Shown here one piece after another: positions 58,812 to 64,000 of a stretch of 64,000 bases of DNA. How positions within the stretch are numbered: position 1 is the stretch's first letter; every line of letters begins with the position of its first letter. The stretch is taken from assembly GCA_947460385.1 (NCBI GenBank), contig CANHGT010000001.1, positions 176 to 64,175 of the forward strand. Reading direction: 5' to 3'. A program made the position numbers and the translations under genes. The notes under the pieces are model-generated. The model was not told the origin of the DNA and searched no databases. It saw only the letters and a list, made by a program, of their open reading frames with translations. The stretch comes from Alphaproteobacteria bacterium (GTDB lineage: Bacteria; Pseudomonadota; Alphaproteobacteria; WRAU01; Hepatincolaceae).

Positions 58812-59180
58812 TTATATAACCTCTGGTGCTAAAGATATTATTTTCATAAATTTTCTTTCTCTTAATTCTCGTGTAACTGGACCAAAAATACGTGTCCCTA
58901 CAGGTTCTCTCTGATTATTGATTAAAACAGCTGCATTTTTATCAAACCTTATAACACTACCATCTGATCTCTTAATCTGAAAAGCAGTTCTAACTATAAC
59001 AGCTTTAAAAACTTCACCTTTTTTAACCTTACCATTAGGAATAGCGTCTTTAACGCTAACAACTATAACATCACCAACGCTGGCAAATCTTCTCCTAGTA
59101 CCACCTAAAACTTTAATACACTGTACAAGCTTAGCACCAGAATTATCTGCAACTTCTAAATTTGTTTCTTGCTGTATCAT
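58812..59180 (-). CDS. rplN: 50S ribosomal protein L14
   Basis: [17 protein letters not shown]...[12 protein letters not shown]...[13 protein letters not shown]. Confidence 0.98.
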   Translation of the reverse strand: MIQQETNLEVADNSGAKLVQCIKVLGGTRRRFASVGDVIVVSVKDAIPNGKVKKGEVFKAVIVRTAFQIKRSDGSVIRFDKNAAVLINNQREPVGTRIFGPVTRELRERKFMKIISLAPEVI

Positions 59181-59196
59181 ACTAATTCACCATGCC

Positions 59197-59433
59197 CTAT
59201 TTTTTTTCTACTACTACTTCCCAAGATTTCATTTTTGAATAAGGCTTTGATTCTATAATTTTTACCAAATCACCTTTTTTACAAATATTACTCTCATCGT
59301 GAGCCATATATTTTTTTGATACTTGCATAACTTTTTTATAAAGTTTATGCATAATTTTTCTCTTAGTTTGAACAACCACAGTTTTATTCATACTATCACT
59401 AACAACCACACCATCTAATATTCTTTTCGGCAT
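59197..59433 (-). CDS. rpsQ: 30S ribosomal protein S17
   Basis: 78 aa. [14 protein letters not shown]...KYMAHDESN...[14 protein letters not shown]. Confidence 0.95.
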   Translation of the reverse strand: MPKRILDGVVVSDSMNKTVVVQTKRKIMHKLYKKVMQVSKKYMAHDESNICKKGDLVKIIESKPYSKMKSWEVVVEKK

Positions 59434-59435
59434 TA

Positions 59436-59654
59436 CTACAAACCTTTCTTACTTAACGTTCTTTTTTCACTTAAAGCTGTTTTTAATCTAGCTACATGCT
59501 TTCTATTTTTTCTAATAGAAGATAAGTCTTCTAAAGAACCAGCTGACAAACTTAATCTTAAATTCAAAGAGCTTTTTCTAAGGTCAACCAATTGACTTAC
59601 CAACTCAGACTCTGTGCTTTGATTAATTTTTTTTTTCAATTCTAATAATTTCAT
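59436..59654 (-). CDS. rpmC: 50S ribosomal protein L29
   Basis: 72 aa, helical. Lies between rplP and rps[18 protein letters not shown] pattern. Confidence 0.9.
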   Translation of the reverse strand: MKLLELKKKINQSTESELVSQLVDLRKSSLNLRLSLSAGSLEDLSSIRKNRKHVARLKTALSEKRTLSKKGL

Positions 59655-59663
59655 AAAAACCCC

Positions 59664-60083
59664 TTAGTCTTCAACTGCTATTCTACGAACAAACTTTGTA
59701 TTTATCGGCAATTTAGCTGCCCCAAGCTCAAATGCTCGCTTCGCTATTTCTTCTGAAACACCATCTATCTCAAAAATAATTCTACCTGGCTTAACCCTAA
59801 AAACATAATGCTCTATATTTCCTTTACCTTTACCTTGCCTTACTTCTGCTGGCTTTTGAGTAACCGGAACATCTGGAAATACTCTTATCCATATTTTTCC
59901 TGCTCTTTTCATATATCTGCTAATAGCCCTTCTAGCAGCTTCAATTTGCCTAGAAGTAATTCTTTCAGGCGATAAAGATTTTAATCCAAAATCACCAAAG
60001 TTTAAATTAGTAGCTCTCGTTTCTATTCCGTGAATTCTACCTTTATGTGCTTTACGAAACTTAGTTCTAGCCGGACTTAACAT
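59664..60083 (-). CDS. rplP: 50S ribosomal protein L16
   Basis: [16 protein letters not shown]...[25 protein letters not shown]. Confidence 0.98.
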   Translation of the reverse strand: MLSPARTKFRKAHKGRIHGIETRATNLNFGDFGLKSLSPERITSRQIEAARRAISRYMKRAGKIWIRVFPDVPVTQKPAEVRQGKGKGNIEHYVFRVKPGRIIFEIDGVSEEIAKRAFELGAAKLPINTKFVRRIAVED

Positions 60084-60124
60084 TTTTTATACCTTTCACT
60101 TAATCACTTGTTTTAGTTAATATA

Positions 60125-60787
60125 TTATTTTTTGTGTTTTTTTTCAAACAAATAATCTTTAGTCATTACTTCGCCCTTAAAAATCCATACTTTTACTCCG
60201 CATGCACCATAAGTAGTAAAAGCAGTCGATTCGCCATAATCAATATCTGCTCTTAAATTATGCAATGGCACTCTTCCTTCTCTATACCATTCCATTCTCG
60301 CAATTTCTGCACCACCAAGTCTTCCAGAACAGTTGACTCTTATACCTTCAGCACCCATTTTCAAAGCATTTTGTACAGCTTTTTTCATAGCTCTTCTAAA
60401 AGATACTCTTTTTTCTAACTGATTAGTAATGTTGTACGCTACTAATTGAGCGTCAACTTCTGGCTTTCTTACTTCTATGACGTTTAATCTAATATCTGCA
60501 TCGGTTAATTTAGATATTTCTTTTCTTAAAACATCCATGTTATTATTCTTTTTGCTAACAATAACACCCGGTCTTGCTACATGAATATTTATATTCATTT
60601 TTTTAGAAGAAGATCTTTCAATTAATACTTTAGACAAACCTGCATCTTTTACTTTTTTAGCAATTACTTTTTTAATTTTTAAATCTTCATGCAAAAAATT
60701 AGCAAAATTTTTATCAGCATACCAATTCGAATCCCAAGTACGATTAATTTTTAATCTTAAACCAATTGGATTAACTTTTTGTCCCAT
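60125..60787 (-). CDS. rpsC: 30S ribosomal protein S3
   Basis: [12 protein letters not shown]...[31 protein letters not shown]. Confidence 0.98.
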   Translation of the reverse strand: MGQKVNPIGLRLKINRTWDSNWYADKNFANFLHEDLKIKKVIAKKVKDAGLSKVLIERSSSKKMNINIHVARPGVIVSKKNNNMDVLRKEISKLTDADIRLNVIEVRKPEVDAQLVAYNITNQLEKRVSFRRAMKKAVQNALKMGAEGIRVNCSGRLGGAEIARMEWYREGRVPLHNLRADIDYGESTAFTTYGACGVKVWIFKGEVMTKDYLFEKKHKK

Positions 60788-60788
60788 A

Positions 60789-61151
60789 CTACACTTCTCC
60801 TTGTTCAGAAACCGATATAAATAAATGACTAAAAGGCTTTAAAATTCTAACCCCTCTACCCTTTGCTCTAGCATGGAATCTTTTCATTACTACTGCCTTT
60901 CCAACATAAGAAGATGCAACATACAATTTATCAACATCCATATTATGATTATTTTGTGCATTTGCTATTGCAGACATTAAAGTCTTCATAACATCAAGCG
61001 CTATAGCTTTCTTTGAAAATCTTAACTCATTTAAAGCATCTTGACAACTTAAACCTCTAATGCTAGAGGCTACGAGATTTAATTTTATAGGACTAACTCT
61101 TACATTTTTCAAAATAGCTTTTGCTTCTTTCAATTGCTTATTATTAGACAT
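60789..61151 (-). CDS. rplV: 50S ribosomal protein L22
   Basis: Start chosen at [12 protein letters not shown] (61151), just after the rpsS stop. The longer ORF to 61223 would overlap rpsS. Core [11 protein letters not shown]...[10 protein letters not shown]. Confidence 0.93.
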   Translation of the reverse strand: MSNNKQLKEAKAILKNVRVSPIKLNLVASSIRGLSCQDALNELRFSKKAIALDVMKTLMSAIANAQNNHNMDVDKLYVASSYVGKAVVMKRFHARAKGRGVRILKPFSHLFISVSEQGEV

Positions 61152-61155
61152 TTCT

Positions 61156-61434
61156 CTACTTCCTCTTCGCTTTTTTATCTGCACCATGACCATAATAGGT
61201 TCTAGTTGGTGAATACTCTCCAAACTTTTGGCCTATCATTTCTTCATTAACAAATACAGGAATAAATTTCTTACCATTGTATACTCCAAAAGTAAGACCT
61301 AAAAATTTAGGTAAAATAGTAGACCTTCTTGACCAAGTTTTAATAACTGCATGACTTTTACTTTCTAAAGCCACATCAGCTTTTTTTAATAAATATCCGT
61401 CAACAAAAGGACCTTTTTTTAATGAGCGAGTCAA
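61156..61434 (-). CDS. rpsS: 30S ribosomal protein S19
   Basis: [12 protein letters not shown]...[12 protein letters not shown]...[11 protein letters not shown]...[11 protein letters not shown]. Confidence 0.98.
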   Translation of the reverse strand: MTRSLKKGPFVDGYLLKKADVALESKSHAVIKTWSRRSTILPKFLGLTFGVYNGKKFIPVFVNEEMIGQKFGEYSPTRTYYGHGADKKAKRK

Positions 61435-61453
61435 ATCTATATCTCCTTATTAA

Positions 61454-62281
61454 TTACTTATCATAACGACGACGAATAATAAATTTATTCGTTGATTTAT
61501 TACTACGTGTTCTTTTACCCTTAGTTTGTAAACCCCAAGGACTTACAGGATGACGTCCACCAGAAGTTTTACCTTGACCTCCACCATGTGGATGATCAAC
61601 AGGATTCATAGCTGTACCTCGTACTGTTGGTCTAACTCCCATCCATCTTTTTCTGCCTGCTTTACCATAATTAACATTCCTATGATCAACATTAGAAACG
61701 GAACCTATAGTAGCCAAACAATTAACATTAACTAATCTTAATTCTCCAGAAGATAATTTCAACTGAGCAAAATCAACATCTTTACCAACCAATTGAACAT
61801 AAGCACCTGCAGATCTAGCTAGTTGACCACCTTTGCCAGGCTTTAATTCAACATTGTGCACAATAGAACCCATTGGAATATTAATTAAAGGTAAAGTATT
61901 TCCAACTTTAATATCAGCAGTTTTTGAACTTACAATAACCTCTCCCTCAGACAAACCATGAGGAGCAAGAACATAAGACTTTTCTCCATCTTCATAAGAA
62001 ATTAAAGCTATAAACGCTGTCCTATTAGGATCATACTCTATTCTTTCTACTTTAGCAACTTTATCAAACTTATTACGCTTAAAATCTATTAATCTATACT
62101 TCTTTTTATTACCCCCACCTATATGCCTAGTAGTGATTCTTCCAGTATTATTTCTTCCACCAGTCTTTTTAAGACCAACAGTTAAAGATTTTTCAGCCTT
62201 ACCCTTCCAAAGATCACTTTTATTTACTAAAACTAAACCTCTTTGACCTGGGGTAACAGGATTATATTTTTTTAATGCCAT
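61454..62281 (-). CDS. rplB: 50S ribosomal protein L2
   Basis: [17 protein letters not shown]...[26 protein letters not shown]. Confidence 0.98.
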   Translation of the reverse strand: MALKKYNPVTPGQRGLVLVNKSDLWKGKAEKSLTVGLKKTGGRNNTGRITTRHIGGGNKKKYRLIDFKRNKFDKVAKVERIEYDPNRTAFIALISYEDGEKSYVLAPHGLSEGEVIVSSKTADIKVGNTLPLINIPMGSIVHNVELKPGKGGQLARSAGAYVQLVGKDVDFAQLKLSSGELRLVNVNCLATIGSVSNVDHRNVNYGKAGRKRWMGVRPTVRGTAMNPVDHPHGGGQGKTSGGRHPVSPWGLQTKGKRTRSNKSTNKFIIRRRYDK

Positions 62282-62589
62282 TACCTAACTCCTGAACTAA
62301 TATCTATCATATTTCCTTCTTTCAAGGTAACAATAGCTTTTTTAAAGTTTTTTCTCTTACCTTTTTTGCCTCTAAAAATTTTCACCTTACCATTTTGATT
62401 TATAGTAGCAACTTTTTCCACTGCAACTTTAAATAAAAACTCTATAGACTCTTTGATTTCATCTTTAGTAGCATCTTTTGAAACTTCAAAAACAGCTTGA
62501 TTATTAGCTGATAATAATGTTGTTTTTTCTGTTACTAAAGGTCTGCGAATAATTTCATACAATCTTTCTTTATTTACATAATTAACCAT
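62281..62589 (-). CDS. rplW: 50S ribosomal protein L23
   Basis: [12 protein letters not shown]...[17 protein letters not shown]. Canonical order. Confidence 0.95.
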   Translation of the reverse strand: MVNYVNKERLYEIIRRPLVTEKTTLLSANNQAVFEVSKDATKDEIKESIEFLFKVAVEKVATINQNGKVKIFRGKKGKRKNFKKAIVTLKEGNMIDISSGVR

Positions 62590-63205
62590 TTAATCGCTCC
62601 GTTAATTCTTTAACACTTTGCTCTGTACAAACTAAACTATCATGTTTTAAAATATCATAAACATTTAAACCTATTTGCGGCAAAACATCTATATGAACTA
62701 AATTAGAACAAGCCATAGCAAAATTAACACTGTTTTCTTTATTGTCAATAAATAAAGCAGATTTTAACCCAAGAGCATCTAACTTTTGTCTTAATAGTGC
62801 AGTTTTACCTTGTTCTAAGCTCAAATTATTAATAACTATTAATTTGCCAGCTTTCATTTTTGCAGATATAGCACTTTTTAATCCTAAAATTCTAACTTTT
62901 TTAGGCAACTTATGAGAATGATCACGAACTACTGGACCAAATACTACTCCACCGCCTCTCATCTGAGATACACTCAACATACCCTGCCTTGCTCTACCAG
63001 TACCCTTTTGCTTGTAAGGTTTTCTGGTTGTATGTTTTACTTCTGCTCTAGTTTTAACTTTATGATTTCCAGATCTTAATTTGGCTAACTGCCATTTTAC
63101 TACTCTAGCCATTATATCTGATCTAACAGTAGTAGCAAATACATTTTCGCTTAAATCTATTTGAGAAATTTTATTACTAGATAAATCTATAACATCTACC
63201 TTCAT
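62582..63205 (-). CDS. rplD: 50S ribosomal protein L4
   Basis: RKPYKQKGTGRARQG...RGGGVVFGP motif. 207 aa. Confidence 0.97.
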   Translation of the reverse strand: MKVDVIDLSSNKISQIDLSENVFATTVRSDIMARVVKWQLAKLRSGNHKVKTRAEVKHTTRKPYKQKGTGRARQGMLSVSQMRGGGVVFGPVVRDHSHKLPKKVRILGLKSAISAKMKAGKLIVINNLSLEQGKTALLRQKLDALGLKSALFIDNKENSVNFAMACSNLVHIDVLPQIGLNVYDILKHDSLVCTEQSVKELTERLNG

Positions 63206-63228
63206 TTGTAAATACCTTTATTTATTTT

Positions 63229-63900
63229 TTATTTAACAGCTGCTGGAAAAGGAATATTTTCTGGTAACTTTTTCTTAACAGAATCTTTTATTTTAACAAA
63301 AGAACCTTCATAACCAGGAACTGCTCCTTTAATTAAAATTAAATTATGTTCTTCATCTATTCCAACTACTTTAAGATTCTGCACAGTAACATTGTCAACT
63401 CCCAAATGCCCTGCCATTTTTTTACCTTTAAACACCTTCCCTGGATCTTGTCTATTACCAGTAGAACCATGAGAACGATGAGTTAAAGAAACACCATGAG
63501 TAGCATCTAAAGTACTAAAATTATGTCTTTTTACCACACCTGCAAAACCTTTACCTATAGAAACACCTGAGATGTCTACAAACTGTTGTTCTACAAAATG
63601 ATTAACTGACAAAAATTTACCAACTTCAACAAAATTACTTTCATCTATTCTAAATTCTGTAGATTTTACTACAGGATCCAGATTAAGTTTTTTATAAACT
63701 TCAAGTTGTGGCTTTGCTACATTCTTAGGTTTAGCTTTACCTATACCTAATTCAATGGCATTATAACCATTTTTTTCAAGGGTTTTATGTGATAGAACCA
63801 CACAATCTTTTACTTCTAATACAGTAACAGGAATGAAAAGACCTTTTTCATCATATATTCCTGACATACCTATTTTTTTTGCTAATAAACCTGTTCTCAT
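63229..63900 (-). CDS. rplC: 50S ribosomal protein L3
   Basis: MRTGLLAKKIGMS...GKGFAGVVKRHNF...THGVSLTHRSHGSTGNRQDPGKVFKGKKMAGHLG. Confidence 0.98.
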   Translation of the reverse strand: MRTGLLAKKIGMSGIYDEKGLFIPVTVLEVKDCVVLSHKTLEKNGYNAIELGIGKAKPKNVAKPQLEVYKKLNLDPVVKSTEFRIDESNFVEVGKFLSVNHFVEQQFVDISGVSIGKGFAGVVKRHNFSTLDATHGVSLTHRSHGSTGNRQDPGKVFKGKKMAGHLGVDNVTVQNLKVVGIDEEHNLILIKGAVPGYEGSFVKIKDSVKKKLPENIPFPAAVK

Positions 63901-63909
63901 TTTCTATTC

Positions 63910-64000
63910 CTAAAGCTTAATTTCAACATCAACACCAACTGAAAGCTCTAATTTCATTAAAGCGTCAATTGTTTGAGGTGTAGGGTCTTGAATAAATAAC
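63910..64000 (-). CDS. rpsJ: 30S ribosomal protein S10, 3-prime end only (truncated by window)
   Basis: My hand translation of the minus strand gives ...IQDPTPQTIDALMKLELSVGVDVEIKL-stop. This matches the S10 C-terminus and lies upstream of rplC. Confidence 0.85.
   Translation of the reverse strand, partial: LFIQDPTPQTIDALMKLELSVGVDVEIKL

Noticed and set aside
1-64000. tRNA, rRNA, tmRNA, RNase P or SRP RNA genes in the intergenic regions
   Set aside because: I scanned 9048-9372, 19547-19876, 21992-22339, 23610-24168, 34714-34999, 39070-39271 and 49080-50458 by eye. I found no T-loop (GGTTCGAAT-like) or cloverleaf-compatible segments and no conserved RNA motifs. A covariance-model scan (tRNAscan-SE, Infernal) is still needed to exclude them.

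Overview
Strongly AT-rich, densely coding 64-kb bacterial chromosome segment with no rRNA, tRNA, CRISPR array, transposase or integrase that I could recognise. The lineage looks like a reduced, host-associated alphaproteobacterium (Rickettsiales/Holosporales-like). This is an inference from three points: a ChpT phosphotransferase, an adrenodoxin-type Fdx, and adk directly after secY with no infA/rpmJ in the spc-alpha region.

Layout:
- 1-19.5 kb, mostly minus strand: sdaA, rnr, topA, dprA, plsY, then one long co-directional block iscR-iscS-iscU-iscA-hscB-hscA-fdx-iscX-mlaE-mlaF-orf260. After that come an alpha/beta hydrolase and tyrS.
- 19.5-25.2 kb: an accessory island. It holds a DUF262/DUF1524 (GmrSD-like) nuclease gene and a tandem duplication. 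The duplication yields a decayed copy of the nuclease 3-prime end and two signal-peptide-bearing, eukaryote-like cyclophilins.
- 25.2-49.1 kb: lolA-ftsK, pepE, chpT, nadK, an lptF/G-family permease and ygfZ. Next is a complete GlcNAc PTS/catabolic cluster (EIIA-HPr-EI fusion, EIICB, nagB, nagA), then ybaB-recR-def-fmt, pstSCAB-phoU and an APC permease.
- 49.1-50.45 kb: a gene-free, apparently decayed region.
- 50.46-64 kb: the S10-spc-alpha ribosomal protein superoperon on the minus strand, from the rpsJ 3-prime end through rplQ.

The most interesting signals are the duplicated secreted eukaryote-type cyclophilins next to the defence nuclease, the mitochondrial-style tetracysteine extension on HscB, and the full sugar PTS in such a genome.
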